DNA of 64,000 bases, taken from NCBI RefSeq assembly GCF_009914755.1, contig NC_060934.1, one strand, 5' to 3'. The position numbers were made by a program, and so were the translations under genes. This DNA is from the human T2T-CHM13v2.0 reference genome, Homo sapiens. The notes under the pieces are model-generated. The model was not told where the DNA came from, searched no databases, and saw nothing but the letters and a program-made list of their open reading frames with translations. Every line of letters starts with the position of its first letter. Position 1 is the stretch's first letter. Positions 40,728-54,066 of this stretch are shown in pieces.

Positions 40728-41531
40728 GCAGGCTGAGGTACCTAGGCAGTCCCCTCATAGGACTTTATCTGTGGCCTCTGCAGAAAGCAGGGCATCCTGG
40801 GATGGCCTGGGCTTGGTGGGGTGTGGCCCACATCAGTGGGCCAGCCAGAGGAGCCTGGGGTGGCCGAGCTGCAGAGTATATTACTCTCCTGGGCCCCCCC
40901 AAAGCGTAAGTGAGGGTCTTCTGTGCACTCAGCACTCATTCATTCGATGTGGTCACTGAGCTCCTGGACTGGCCCAGTGCTGTGCTAAGCCTGGCGTGGG
41001 GCTCACAGAAGCATTTGAGAGGAGGCTGGTCCTTGCCCTTTGGTGATATAAAATCCAGACCCAGTGAATGAGAAGCCATTTTGAGTGAGTTGGCCTCAGG
41101 GCTCCCACAGTAGGCTTAGCGCCAAGGGCCAGACACAAGATGGGGGTGCCCAGCCACCCAGGGGTGAGGGAGTACTCTAGAGGTGGTAGCATTATGGGCA
41201 AGAGGGCATTGGTTGAGCAAAATGGCAATAAACTGGTTGCAGAGTCACATCCCTGCAAGAAAAGGGCTGTGGGGGTCATGAGATGCACTTAGGGACATGG
41301 GTGGGGTAAATTCATTCAAGGTGCAACTGTGATTGGCCAAACCTCTGCATGAGGAAGCTGAAGGCTAAATAACCTTTTACCTGATGATAAGTTAACATCA
41401 GAAGTGAAAGGGGGGCCATGTGTTCATCCTTTCCCTGGGGGACCCCTAGGCGTGAGGAAATGGACTAGGCCACTCCAAGCTTGCAGACAGGATCGTCTTC
41501 CCCGCCGATGACATTTGCTCTTTTGGGGCAG

Positions 41532-41616
41532 GTTTGGAAGACTGAGGATGTGAAGATGTCTGTTCCTGGACGGCCAGCAGGAGAGGAGCCCCTGGCTCAG
41601 CCTCCAAGCCCAAGAG
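41532..41616 (+). CDS. WDFY4: WDFY4 exon: VWKTEDVKMSVPGRPAGEEPLAQPPSPR
   Basis: ggggcag acceptor, G|gtacct donor; 85 nt; completes DGMVR-VW; phase matches the next exon. Confidence 0.9.
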
Positions 41617-42730
41617 GTACCTGACCTGCTAGGGATGTGGCCGTCCTGGCCTTGCCCTGCCCTCCTCACCTCCCCTCTCTCCACCTCAGCCCAAGGGCTG
41701 CAGCTCCTCCCAGGTCTGCCCAGCCTAGGGAGGCCTAGGAAGGCACAGAGAGGTTCAGTGACTTGCCCAAAGTCACCCAGCAAGCAGACTATCCTCACAC
41801 CTGCTGCCATCACAGCCACAACGGCCTCAGAATAACCTAACCATAGACACTGGCATGTAACCACCATCACCAACCCCTCCATAATGAACACAGGTACAAA
41901 CCTCCCCATCAAAGCTGTTACCGCATCACATCCATCACAGCTGTCCAGTCCCCGCCCCCATCATTACCTCCTCCAGCTCAGTCTTCAGAAAAGATTCTGG
42001 CCGAGAACTGGGACATCTTTACTGGGACCCACAATCAAACATGTTTTCATGAAGTTAGAATTCTATCATCCTGAGTGCTTCCATTAGCTCCCTGTTTGCT
42101 CTGCATCCCAGAACCTGTGATCATCCATAGGAGAGAATTTCCCAGATTTCTGAGGGCTGCCTTCTGAAAAGAGTAGACATTTGCAATTAGTTCATTTCTA
42201 AAACACAGTCCACACCTCTTTGATTCATTTAGTCACCCATTTGTGGATTCTTCTTCAGGCAAGTACACACAGGCATTTGCTCAGCCTCTACTGTGTCCTA
42301 GGCTCTATATTAGTGGTCCCTTCCTTCAAGATAACACCTGGGGACCCTTGTAAACAATCTGGGCTGAGCCAAGGCAATAACATCACAAAGATCAATAATA
42401 TCACAAAGATGCAGATCAAGAACTCCGTCAGTTCACAGGTTCTGTTTCTCTAGGGTACTTGGAGACCACCACAAGGAGTCAGCCTATCTCAGTGTGAAAG
42501 GACAGAAGTGTGTGCATTCTAAGGAACCCAGCACATCTTTGGAAAGCAGAGGCCAAACTCCCTCCCATATCTGCTTCCACTTGGAAAGGCTCTTATTCCC
42601 CAGCCTGCTTACAAAGCAGTTTTCTGCTATACCTGCATGAGACTGCACACCATTTTAGTTTTGGGCTCAAATGCCCACTTTTGAAGCTATTGGGGCCCAG
42701 TAAGCTAACGGCATTAGCTAAGCCTACGGT

Positions 42731-42900
42731 TGATGAATGGATGTCTGAGAAAGAATGCTGGATGGATGGGTAAATGGATGGATGGATGGAAGGATGGATG
42801 GATGGATGGATGGATGGATGGATGGATGGATGGATGGATGGATGGATGGACGGGTGGATGGATGGATGGATGGGTGGATGGATGGATGAATGGATGAATG
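42731..42900 (+). repeat. (GGAT)n, largely perfect
   Basis: Direct read. Confidence 0.95.
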
Positions 42901-44593
42901 AAAGTCACCTCAGAGCCATTCAGTTGATTCTGGCAGTGCCATTGGATTTGCAGGTTCCTATTCAGCATCAATGGTTGTGGTGAGGTTGCACTCACTGGTC
43001 ATGGGGTCTAGTGAATGAGAAGCAGAGTAAAAAGCAGGAAACAAGGTTCTAGACCCAACTCTGTCACAGCAGCTTCTCTGGTCTTCTGTCAAATGGGGAC
43101 ACTTCCTGTGCATCCTAACTAGTAGAGTACTGATGACAGAATAATAGTAGCCACAGACAAGAATCTACCCCAAATGCAGGTCATTATTGTCATTTTTGCA
43201 GGCTTTGAGAGATTTTTCTCTCTGGACACAGCAGCTGATGGCATTAGGAAACTTACTTAAGGGGGTCTTAGACTGACAGGGAGCCCCAGATCCACAACCT
43301 TCCTCTCTGTCTGCCCTGACCCTAAGTCTCTGCCACCCCATTGGACTGACTGCCAAGATTGTGATTACAGTTCAAGGGAAGATTAACATGAAATGACAGG
43401 ATGACATGGACATATTCAAATAATCACACTGGCCTGCAGTTTAGAGTTAACAAATCTAAAATATGTGCAGATTTACAAGCCTAAACTGCTGGAGGTCTCT
43501 AATAAAAAGGCATGTTGTTCTTACATTGCTCAAAACTGCTTTGTTGGAAAGGGACCTGTATTGGGCATGGCACGTGGATATTTGCATGTGTGTCCTCTTG
43601 GCGTGTATATTACTATACCCCTCAAATGTCTTAAGGGGCAAGAAAGGAGATCTTTGAAGATATTAAGCATACTGCATTTGTGGGCAGATGTAATCCAATT
43701 TCTGCTTGGAATTCATTTATTTGCCATTTGCAGCAAGGCCCAACCCAGCTGAGTACAATTTATTTCAGGAATCGCCTCAAAGATTTGGACTCAATCTGGT
43801 ACATAAAAAGTGCTTGGGAGAAGCTTGTTGTTTAGACTTGTACACAATGTACAAATGCCTGGTGTGCTTTGAGGTGGTTTCTCCCACCTGGACCCCTCAT
43901 GCATTTCCTGGCACATGGCCTGTCTGCACACATGGGTGGTCACCTCAGGACAGCAGGGGCTGTATCATCTCTCCTGCCCTGAGTCCAAGGAAGTGGCCTC
44001 GCAGGGACGTACCCAGCTGGCGTCTCTCCATCTCACCCTTCACATTGAAGGAATTACTGTCTGTCCCCAAATGCAGTCATTAAAATGAGTGAAGTAACAA
44101 TCATTGAGTTATATTTTTTGAAAAAAACATTCTCAGCATTTAATTACTGATTGTGGCGTGAGAGGATTAAGATAAGTTGATAATGCCGACTTTATGTAAT
44201 TTATTTTTACTAGGCAATTACTGGCTGCATTACACCCTGGCAGCAAGGTATTGTGGGGCATCTTATTAAGCATAAAGCCAGTAAACACTGATGAACAATT
44301 TTGCTGAACTAGGCATGCAATTTAGAAAGCAATAATACACAAATCCAATTTGGTACACAATGGATACCGAGGCACGTCAGCACATGTAACTATCACCGCC
44401 TGCAAATTAAATTGGGACGGCCCTTTTTGCAACAGCACAGGCCAAGATTAAATATATTTCCCCCTCAATTTAACAAGTTGCTGACCACAAATATAAATAT
44501 GTGCGTATGTGTTTGCGGCCCCGTGTGCAGATGCACACTGTATGTGCGAAGCCGATCTGGCGTTCTAACTCTTCTCTCACATGCTCCACACAG

Positions 44594-44705
44594 GCCACAA
44601 GTGGGAGAAGAACCTGGCCTTGAGTCGAGAGCTGGACGTTAGCATTGCTTTGACAGGGAAGCCCAGCAAAACCAGCCCCGCAGTGACTGCTCTGGCCGTG
44701 TCCAG
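44594..44705 (+). CDS. WDFY4: WDFY4 exon: (G)HKWEKNLALSRELDVSIALTGKPSKTSPAVTALAVS(R)
   Basis: acacag acceptor, AG|gtaagc donor; 112 nt; PAVTALAVS strand of the last WD repeat. Confidence 0.94.
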
Positions 44706-45735
44706 GTAAGCGCGGCCTTGTTTCTCTGGGTCTCCAGCAGAGGGCACTGCAGCCACCTTTAGGAAAGCCCCAGTGGCTCTGAGTCCAGGCCACCTGGCCG
44801 AGGAGGCCACTTCACTCCAGGACATGGCCCCACCAAGCACAGGAAGCAGCCCGTGTGGCCATATAGAGCCCCAGGAAACGTTTTTCAGGGTTTTGTTGTT
44901 GTTTGTTTTGCTTTTAACTCACACATGCCCTTGCTCTCTTGCTCTTGAATATCCAAACATTCATTAAGAAATCCAAGAGGTATAAGTATATTGTTTTGTA
45001 ATTTTATCCTAAAGAGAGCCTTTTCCCCTGAGTTCCACTGCAGACTGTAACATTTGGTGTGATGATTATCCTTCATTAACAGAAAGTGCCTTCTGAGGGC
45101 TCTTAGCTGCTGTAGCATAGCCAAGCATCATTCCCGACACTTCATACCCGTTATTTGACTCGCAGTAACCCATGGAGGTGGTTACTGTCATTAACATCCT
45201 TGTACACACTGCGAGGTGCAGCCTTAGGGGCCGCTGACCTTGCAGAGCCGGACTTCCTTCCTCCCTCACTGGCGTGGCGTGGGCTGTTCCGGGGTCCTTG
45301 GTGGAGGCACTACACAGTGTTTTAGATGCTGGGTGGGGCGGAGTGGAGTGGGGTGGGCATGATGGTAGGGCCAGAGCCGCACTTTTTGCAGAGAACTTGC
45401 CATTTGTTCTGCCCTGGTCCTGGCTATTTCTCTGGTGGGACAGGAGACTCACCTGGAGGCACTGGAGAGAGGCACGGCCTCGTCCTGTTCCCTGGGGCCT
45501 GAGCTTCCCCACAGTGCTGTGGGAGCCACCACCCTCACAGCTCAATGCTTTCCCCTCCCCCAGGTGGAAACCTTCTCCATTCCTCCCACTGCCTCCCCTG
45601 CCTCAAGGGAGACAAGACCAGGGGCAAGCTCCGCTGGGCCCCAGATAGAGCCCCAGAGTTGCAATATCCCATGTGCTGGCGGGGACAAGTGGTACTGTCC
45701 CTCTAACGTTCTTGTCTTTTCTTTCTCTTCCCAAG

Positions 45736-45802
45736 AAACCACACCAAACTCCTGGTTGGTGATGAGAGGGGGAGAATATTCTGCTGGTCTGCAGATGGGT
45801 AG
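45736..45802 (+). CDS. WDFY4: WDFY4 terminal coding exon: NHTKLLVGDERGRIFCWSADG*
   Basis: Long pyrimidine tract ending cccaag; in-frame TAG at 45800-45802; LLVGDxxGRIFxW WD end; no FYVE domain follows, consistent with WDFY4 rather than WDFY3. Confidence 0.95.
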
Positions 45803-46185
45803 GAAGAGAGAGGCAGCAGAGGCTCTGGCACAACAGTGCCAGGCTGAGGGTGGCAGAGGTGACTGGGGCCTGAGCTCTGCCTACAGAAGAAACCCCCAGG
45901 GCCTCCTTCCCCACAGTTCTCAAGGAAGGGCCTCTGGCAATCACAGCTCTGCAGCCCAACCCTCTCCATGGCCGATGGGACTTCTATGAAAAGGATGAGC
46001 ACACACACTCGGAGGGCTGAGCAGCACGCTGGAAACTGTGACTTGGTGATGCCCAGCTGCACACGAAATTACACATGACTCACCTTATTAAGGGCTATTG
46101 CACTGAAAAAAAAAAAAGATGGGTCGCTTACTGGAAATTATTGTATTGTCTTTATTTTATTAAAGCAACTATGTTTTAAATGCAG
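45803..46185 (+). other. WDFY4: WDFY4 3' UTR (end approximate)
   Basis: Follows the stop codon; ATTAAA at 46159-46164 with upstream TGTA and U-rich context. Confidence 0.75.
46159..46164 (+). terminator. Polyadenylation signal ATTAAA
   Basis: Common variant PAS about 360 nt after the stop, in a U-rich context. Confidence 0.75.
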
Positions 46186-47694
46186 AAGGGCTCTTCAGTT
46201 TTAAACTGCCACTCTATTCCACTTACCATGCTGCCTTTCTAAGTATTTGTGTTTCTGTCCTGAGAAAGGCAGGAAGGCTTCAGGGAAGCACATCCACCTG
46301 CACAGCCTCACCCAGCCCCTCCCCATCTTCCACCTTGGACACTGGCTCTTCCCCGTCTTGCCCATAGTGTAGGGGCCTGAGGAGTGAGGGGCTACTGTGA
46401 AGAAGGCCCAGCCTCTGTGGCTGAGCCGCAGGACATGGCGGTGGGTGCTGCCCATGGCAGACTCAGGGAGTTTGGCCTGGGGTGATACACCCGCCTTGGT
46501 GATACTCCCACCCCCATCTCCACAACCTGCAACAGACAAGGATTCCAGACAACTCCTGGCTCAGCAGTCTCTTCCCAGGGCCCCGGTCCACACTTGGCTT
46601 CCGAGCTGCAGTTCTTCCTGGAGAAATCTGCACTGCTGTGTGACTTTTGTTTTCCACCTGAAAATGTATGGCAGGTGGGGTAGTTACTCGTGCCCCTCTG
46701 AAGAATTCCAGTACCTTCTTGTGCCTGGGTCATTCTGGGATTGGTCGTTGGGCATCACAGGTATCACCCTCACTCTAATGTCTCCTCCTTACCCCAAGAT
46801 TTGCAGAGCTCCTCAAAAGGAAATCCACCTGCCTTTTTAATAAAGTCAAGCTCAGGTGGACACATAGGGACTTGGGGAGGTTAAGCTTGTTAGCTTCAAC
46901 TAGTCTTTCAGAGATCTCCCTTCTAGGGGCCAGGTGGGGATCCTGATCTTCCCCATGTCTCCAAACTCTGCAAAGGCCCTGAAGGGGGTCCCCACCTAAT
47001 TTAGCCCAGGCCCAGGGATAGCAGGAACATGCACTTCATGTCTTATGCCCCATGGGTCGTCTGGCCTCCAGGGGGCAACAAGTTGATTAAAAGATAAATA
47101 TTAAGAAAGTGGAACTGGTGTGCAGCCATGTCAAAAATAGTGAGAGGTGGTTAGCATACCTTGATTCCTCTGTAAACTCTGAGGCTTTGCAAAGGAGAAG
47201 ATGGAGGAGACCCTTCTCAGGTCCGGAGCACCCCTCCCCGGGTGAGAAGCACTTGTGTCTGACCCCAGAGCCAAGGATCACACCACCTCCCACACCATCT
47301 GCACACACTATTAGCAGACAGCCCATTTGCAATCCCCTGGTTGGTCTGGGACTGCACTGAAGGACCATAAATTTAAGAGCAGAGAGCACCACTCCCCAGG
47401 AAGGCCAAGAAGCAGGGTCATAAATATCAAGGCTGAGCCTGCTGGCATTTTTCAAAACACATCACAGCATTACCCAAGGCTGACAAGGTCTGCTAGCCAA
47501 AAGGCTGTCTTCGATTCCTTCATTTAAGTGTTTTTGCCTTTTCTTCCCCTCAAATCACGGGGAAAATGAGGAGGCAGTGTTGGGTCTTATTGGTGGGGTC
47601 CTGGTGATGTGGTGTCTGCAAACAAATGTGACTTGAGGTGAAAGGGCTAAAAAGGAAATCTCAGGCCCTAGGGAAGGCAAAGGGGACACTCAGC

Positions 47695-48039
47695 TATATC
47701 AGTTGGGTGGGGCTGCCATAACAATATTAAACAGAAATTCATTTCTTCAAAGTTCTGGAGGCTGGAAGTCCAAGATCAAGGTGTCACAGGGTTGGTTTCT
47801 TTTGAGGCCTTTCTCTTGCTTTGCAGATGACCACCTTCTCCCTGCATCCTCACCTCATCTGTCTTCTGTGCACATCTGTGTCCTCATCTCCACTTATAAG
47901 GACGCCAGTCATATGGGATTAGGGTCCACCCATATGACCCCATTTCAACTGTCTCCAAGTACAGTCACATTTGGAGGTACTGGGGGTTAGGATGTCAACA
48001 TAGAACCACTCCAGGGACAGAATTCAGCCACCTATGGCA
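47695..48039 (-). mobile_element. MLT1 (MaLR) solo LTR
   Basis: ggctgccataacaa..ttctggaggctggaagtccaagatcaaggtg..tataaggac..gattagggtccacc..gtactgggggttagga. Confidence 0.85.
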
Positions 48040-48739
48040 CTGGCTGAAGGAGGTGGCCCTGGAGCCAGGCCTGGAACCTGCTGAGACAGAGGGACGGGGT
48101 TGCAGGAAGACTGGGCTGCATCGGCCAAGGTACAGGGTGAGTCCGGCTGGGTGTGGGAAGAAGAATGGAGGGCACACGGGATGAGGCTGAGAGGTAGAGG
48201 GGCTGCTGCTCCTGGCTGTGGAGTAGACTCTGGTCACTGGATGGAGTGAGTGCAAGTGAGGCTGGCAGAGGTGGGCTGCCCACCCGCAGAGCTTCATTCT
48301 CCATGCCAGCTCCCAGAATGTGCCCCACAAGAGTCAGCTGAGTAAACGGACATGTAGACGTATGAATGAGTCTTGGTGGCAGACATGTCAGAAAGGGTGG
48401 TCCTGGGATGGCAGGGTCAAGCAGCAGCCCCTCCGTGGGCAGGGTGAAGCAAAATGGAGTGAAGAGGTGGGAATAATGAGAGGAAACTGTAAATGTCATG
48501 CCCTGGGCCCGGGACATGTCAGGGGAAGAAGCCAGGAGCTTGGGAGCTTGTGGTGAAACCGTGAACGCCGTTGTCAGAAGCTGGAAGCTTTAGAGGCATC
48601 CATGAAGCAGGGACGGGCTGTGGGTGAGAATGCCCCATGGAGGAGCTGGGGAGACTGCAGGAGACAGGCTCCATGCTGAGCTGCTCCAGTGGGGTCCTCC
48701 AGGATTAGCTCGCATTGCTGGGAGGAGGGAAGCCGCTCT

Positions 48740-48815
48740 GCACCGAAACCTGGGAGACACATGCACCCTTGGGCCCTCACAGACATGGCCCTGCTGTAGA
48801 CTCCCGAGGCATCGG
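48740..48815 (-). ncRNA. MIR4294: MIR4294 precursor hairpin; mature GGGAGUCUACAGCAGGG at 48789-48805
   Basis: The reverse complement matches the hsa-mir-4294 stem-loop as I recall it; arms CCGA..CCUCGGGAG / CUCCCAGG..UCGG pair; position just 3' of WDFY4 fits the known locus. Low-confidence miRNA class. Confidence 0.8.
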
Positions 48816-50264
48816 AAGCAGAGTCCGCTGCTGGAGGCGAGGGCAGGGGAGCAGTCAAGCCAGGATGGGGCTGCAGAGGAAAGCACCAGGCACAACTGAG
48901 GCCCAGGCTCCAAAAGCTCTGGGCAACTCCAGTGACAGGAGGCCCCTGCTGGCCCGAGTGGACTACGATGTCTGGCCAGCAGGGTTGGGGCTCCTGACAG
49001 TTGTCAGTGGTTGGGGGAGCCCAGGGCAGAGGCCTGGGGTGCAGGGAGAGGAGAGAACAGGCTCAGCACCCAGGCCCACAGCAGAGGCAGCAGAGGTAGC
49101 CAGGGCCGAAGCCAGGGGCACAGCCTGCCTGGGGCCCAGAAGCAGGACCATGCAGACACTGGCCTCACCAGCACACCAGGTCCAGTGGGGACCGGGGGAC
49201 CCGTCCCAGTGCCACATGGTATCTAGAGGCCTAGACAGGAGGACAGGCATATGCGGTGAGTGGGTAAGGAGGCCAGGCCACCTGAGCACCAGGCCCAGCT
49301 CCACAAGTCCCGCCAGCCTTGGCCACAGCTTCTGTATCTGTGAAATGGGATCCTGGTGTCTACCTCAGGGCTCCTCAGGAAAGTAACATCATATCTTCTT
49401 ATTTTATAATAAAATAAAATAATAGTGGATGAGGCAAACAACAGACTGCCTATTCCGCTGTGACGCAAGCTCTTGGCTGCTTCACTCACCAGTGTTTTCC
49501 TTGCTCAGCCAGTCCCTGAGCCAGGGCGCTGGGGATGGAGGAACCCTGAACCTGGGACACAGAGAACATGGGACAGCAGGCTCAAGACATTTGGCAGGCC
49601 CCACGCCCAGGGTTAACCAGGCTGGAGCAGGGCAGGCACGCTTCAATTGTGCTTCTTCAGAAATGTCTGGGAAAGGAGGTCCAGCTCTCAGGCTCCCCCG
49701 GGCCCACAGACTTTGTGCCTGCTCATGGGGAACAGAAGCCTCAGGCTGCATATGTCACCATCTCCCAGGGAGCACAGGTCCCGGAGTCTCCACTCTGTTG
49801 GGAGGAACTCCAGCACTGACAGCAGCAGGCTGGGGTGAGGATGGAGGCAGGCGTTGCTGCCCACCCTGTGGTCTCGGGACAGATGGCCTGTGAAGGGCTT
49901 CCCCAGCCTCTGGGGTCAGAAACCCCCATATCCCACTCACTTTTCACGTCTGAGATCAGCTCCTAGACAGCAGCCATGCCCCACTCTCCCCCAGCAGAAG
50001 TCCCCTCACGGAACACCCACCTTGGGTCTCTCTGCATTTTCTACATCCTCTAAGAGGCCAGGGAAGGGCAGCCCAGAGCAATTGATGGGCATCCCTCCCA
50101 CAGCAGGCACCCAGGAAAGCAGGGATCCCGATCGGGCACCACTGTGCTTGCCTGAGACCAGCATCCAGGCATGCTGGAGTCCCTCTGGGAGACGAGTTCA
50201 CCCACAAGGGGGGCCGCACGCTCAAGCTGTGCCCATCTCTCCACCTGGACAGGCCTGGCCAGAC

Positions 50265-50360
50265 TGGGACATACTTATGCTAACAAAGTAGTCGTTGCTC
50301 ATCGGAGATTCAACTTTTTCCAGGTGTCTTGCATTTGTGTTTGCTAAGTCTGGCCGTCCT
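50265..50360. mobile_element. MER53-like half element
   Basis: tgggacatacttatgcta..tttgctaagtctggc. Confidence 0.6.
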
Positions 50361-53139
50361 GCTCCCTTGACCTCTTAGGCGCAGGAAGGATGGTGCCTTG
50401 TCAGCAGGCCTGGCAGAACCCATAAGTACTCAGTGTGTGACCCATGAATTGCTTGTATTCAGTGAACTGAAATGCAACAGCAGAAGTTCTTGGAGGGACC
50501 ATGTGGGACTCTCTGTGCCACTGACCAAGTTTCCAGGGCTTTCTGTGTCCCTCCATGGCGACCTCATGAGAACCACATCCCCCTACCCCAGGCTGGCCTT
50601 CTTCTTCCATTCCTTTGAGCTCAGGGATCCTGGGAGAGAAGTTCTGTCCCCTGGAAGCCCCTGTGACAGCAACTTCCTCCCCCTCTGGGGCCTGCAGAGA
50701 ACTCAAAGATTGGATTTAACCACATTAAAATGCAGCCAATCAGGACACATACGGGGAGGAATAGGCTCTTCATATGAAAATCCTGATGAAATTTGTTTAG
50801 CATAAAATCAAATCTCTCTAAACTAAAATCAGTTTTGCTTTAGTAAGTTCTTGGGTACACATCCACATCCCATACCTGGATCAGGGTGTGTGTGTGTGTG
50901 CAAGCTCACGTGTGATTGTGTTGTTTCCAATTGTTCTCTTATTGGATGTTGCCTGAAGCACCTTCATGACCTTCTTAGTAAACAGGAAGACCCTCCAAAT
51001 TGCGTCCTTCCCCTGAGACCCTGAAGGCTCAAAGAACACTGTTGTATCCTGAGCTAAGATCTCTGTCTGCCCCAAAACTGCTTGAAAACTGCCCCACTTG
51101 TCCAAGACATTTTACTGCCTTTTGCCAGAAATGCAGCACCATAAATACACAACTCTATGATGACTTGGAAGTGGAATGTGCCACCAAATCATGCAGCACA
51201 CACTTTGCATCCCTGTGGCCTTTGCCCAGGCTTTAAGCACCGATGGATCTTCACTAAAATCAGTGTGATGATGTTATCTTAACTATCCATCCAAGCACTT
51301 GTTCATTCATTCATTCATTTATCCACTAGTATTTAACAAGGATTCACTGCATACCTGTTCCCAGCCAGGCTTGGAGCCTGATGGAGAGAGGCTGTCTGGA
51401 CACATATGACTGAAATGTAACCTTCAAGAGTCTCTGGCCATCAGGAGACACACAGACCCTCTAACACTATCACTTTGGACATGTGGAAGCCAGGGTCCAG
51501 AGAAAGAAAGGGACTTGTCTAAGGTCACATAGCAGGTCAGTGGCAGAACCTGGTCAAGGCTCCAGGTTTACTCCCCACCCCCAAACTGTAGTACCAAGTG
51601 CCTAAGGCCTTGTGTTCCTTAGGATGGGCCACTGGCATAATGAAATCCAAATAGCCTGCCTCTCCCTGGAGCTTTGGATGTCAAGAACAGCTGGCTCTCC
51701 CCACCTCAAAATGAAGCACAAAGGAAGAAGGAAAAGTTCATATGCTTTTGAAAAATAGAACAAAATGCATCGGAATCTTTGTGTCATAGAGGCCAGCTTG
51801 AATTCCTCCTGCAACAAGGAGCTCACTACTACAGGAAGCAGCCCCCCGTGACAGCAAGGCTCATTCTTGCTGGGAGCACAGGTCACGCAGGCCCCTCCAT
51901 GAGGCAGCCTCAGCCTCAGAGCCCCTCAGGGCAGAGGCTTCCTCCTCCTCCTTCTCCTCCTCTTGCAGAGATCACCAGGAGGCCAGTTGCTCTCACAGTC
52001 CCCTCTGCGGCACCTCCAGGCTCTTGGGGTTTTGCACACCCTCAGCCTCAGCTGTCTTTTCCTATGCTTATTGTTTTATAAAATAGAAGTAATAATTACT
52101 GACTTCATAAGTTGCTTGGAAAGTTAAAATGACATAACTCTGTGTCAAGTTCTTAGTACAGAGCAGGAGCTCAGGAGGTAATGATGATGATGGTTATCAG
52201 TATAAACGTAGTTTATGACACAGGGCCTGGTAAGAGAATAGTGACTTCCTTTTCATTTCTTCTCTCCCTTTCAGAGGCATTGCCCCCTCATTCAAATGTT
52301 CACCAAATATTTCTCATTCCCATACCACCTTCAGGATTTTTTGACAACACCTGTACAACAATATTCTTAGTGTTTGTCATTAACTTCACTATTTTTTCAA
52401 AACTGAAACCTCACCTAAGCAATAATGTCTGTGAAATCACAGGTTGGATATACAGTCTATGTTTTTCTAACTACATAAAATGGATAGAAAAAATGCTTGT
52501 CTATGCCTGCCTTACAAGCATCTCATGGTGCTTTAGGGGGTCCCTAAGCCACACTCTGGGAGATCTGCCCTAACCCAAGATGCTGGGGTAGGCATGTGTT
52601 TTGTTGGAAAGCAGATGTCCTAGAAGAGGCCCTAGGTATGTCCACCCGAGCTAGGTGAGCTCAGCCAGAGCAGAAAAGGGACCCACTGATCCCCACCTGT
52701 CATGGCGTGCCTTCCATTGCACCTGGGAGAAAGAGGCACGGGGCTGTGGTGCATGTTTACAGGCCGATCCCTGGGTTCCAGGCCTGCCTTTCTTTCAAGA
52801 GCTAGGTAACTTTGGGGGAAATTGACTGATCTACCAGCTCGTCAGTGTGTTCTGCAAAACAGTAATCAGGGAACCATTTCGTAGGGCTTTTGTGAGGATC
52901 TGAGGAGAAATTGCATGTGAGGTGGGAATCCAGCGCCTGGAACTTGGGACGTGCTCAGTTATGCAATAATGACAATGAAAGTTATCATAACCATTATTAT
53001 AAGATCATGTATGTCCAGTATCTGTGTGGCCAACATCAGGAAGGGAATATCTTTCTACCAGTTGCTCAGGCCGAAAACCTCTGAGACATCTCTGAGTATG
53101 CCCCTCCCTCATGCCTCACGTCTAAGCTCTCAGGACATC

Positions 53140-53941
53140 TCAGCCCCAAAAAACTGTCAGAAATTGAAACTAAAATCTCAATACCACTTAGAAACACATC
53201 AGAAATATGAACCACTTAGGACTAATATGACTAAAATACATATAATCTGAAAACTACAAAAACATTGTTGAGGGAAATCAAAGACCTAAATAAATGGAGA
53301 GCTACACCGTAGCCATAGATTAAGAGACCCAATACTATTGAGATGTCAGTTCTCCCCAAATTGAGCTACAGATTCTATCTAACCCCAGTGAAAATTACAA
53401 TGGGCTTTTTTGTAGAAACTGACAAACTAATTCTGAAATTCATATGAAAATGAAAGGATCTAGAATAAGTTAGAGCCTAAAAACATTGAATGAAGAACAA
53501 AGTTGGAGGATTTACATTATGTGATTTCAACTTATTAGAAAGCTTCAGTAATAAAGACAGTGTGCTTTTGACATTGAGGACAGAGAAATCAATGGAACAG
53601 AATGGAGTCCAGAAACAGACCCATGTGTGGTCAACTGGCTTTGAAAAATGTGCCAAGGAAATACAGTGGAAGAAAGAGCCCTTTCATCAGACAGCGTTGG
53701 AACAGTGAGGATCCATGTGCAATGAAAAAAACAGAACTGTGACCAACACCTCATGCCATCAAGAAAAATTAATTTTAAATAAATTTTAGACCTAAAAGTG
53801 AAACTTAAAATTATAAAATTTCTAGAAGAAAACCTAGGAAAACTTCTTTGTAAACTGGAGTTATTTAAATCACCCATTAAGAAAAAAAAATGATGAATTG
53901 AACTTTGTCAGACTTAAGATCTCCAGGTCATTGAAAGCCAC
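53140..53941 (+). mobile_element. Old L1 (L1M) ORF2 3' region, left part
   Basis: gaaaactacaaaacattg..gacctaaataaatggagag..aatggaacagaatggagtccagaa, L1 ORF2-like. Confidence 0.85.
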
Positions 53942-53979
53942 TGTATTACTCAGGGTTCTTTAAAGGGGCAGAACTAATA

Positions 53980-54066
<87 letters not shown>

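Noticed and set aside
38763-42995. HPSI/MDGW-repeat ORFs
   Set aside because: Translations of (ATCC)n/(GGAT)n microsatellites
45736-45802. Missing FYVE domain suggesting a truncated WDFY3-like gene
   Set aside because: WDFY4 is known to end after the WD40 repeats without a FYVE domain; the stop and PAS are normal
46106-46117. A12 tract as the transcript end or a retrocopy tail
   Set aside because: Genomic A run inside the 3' UTR upstream of ATTAAA, with no TSD; likely only an internal-priming artefact source
48715-49386. 223-aa ORF overlapping MIR4294 on the opposite strand
   Set aside because: Non-ATG start, no recognisable motif, GC-rich region where long ORFs arise by chance
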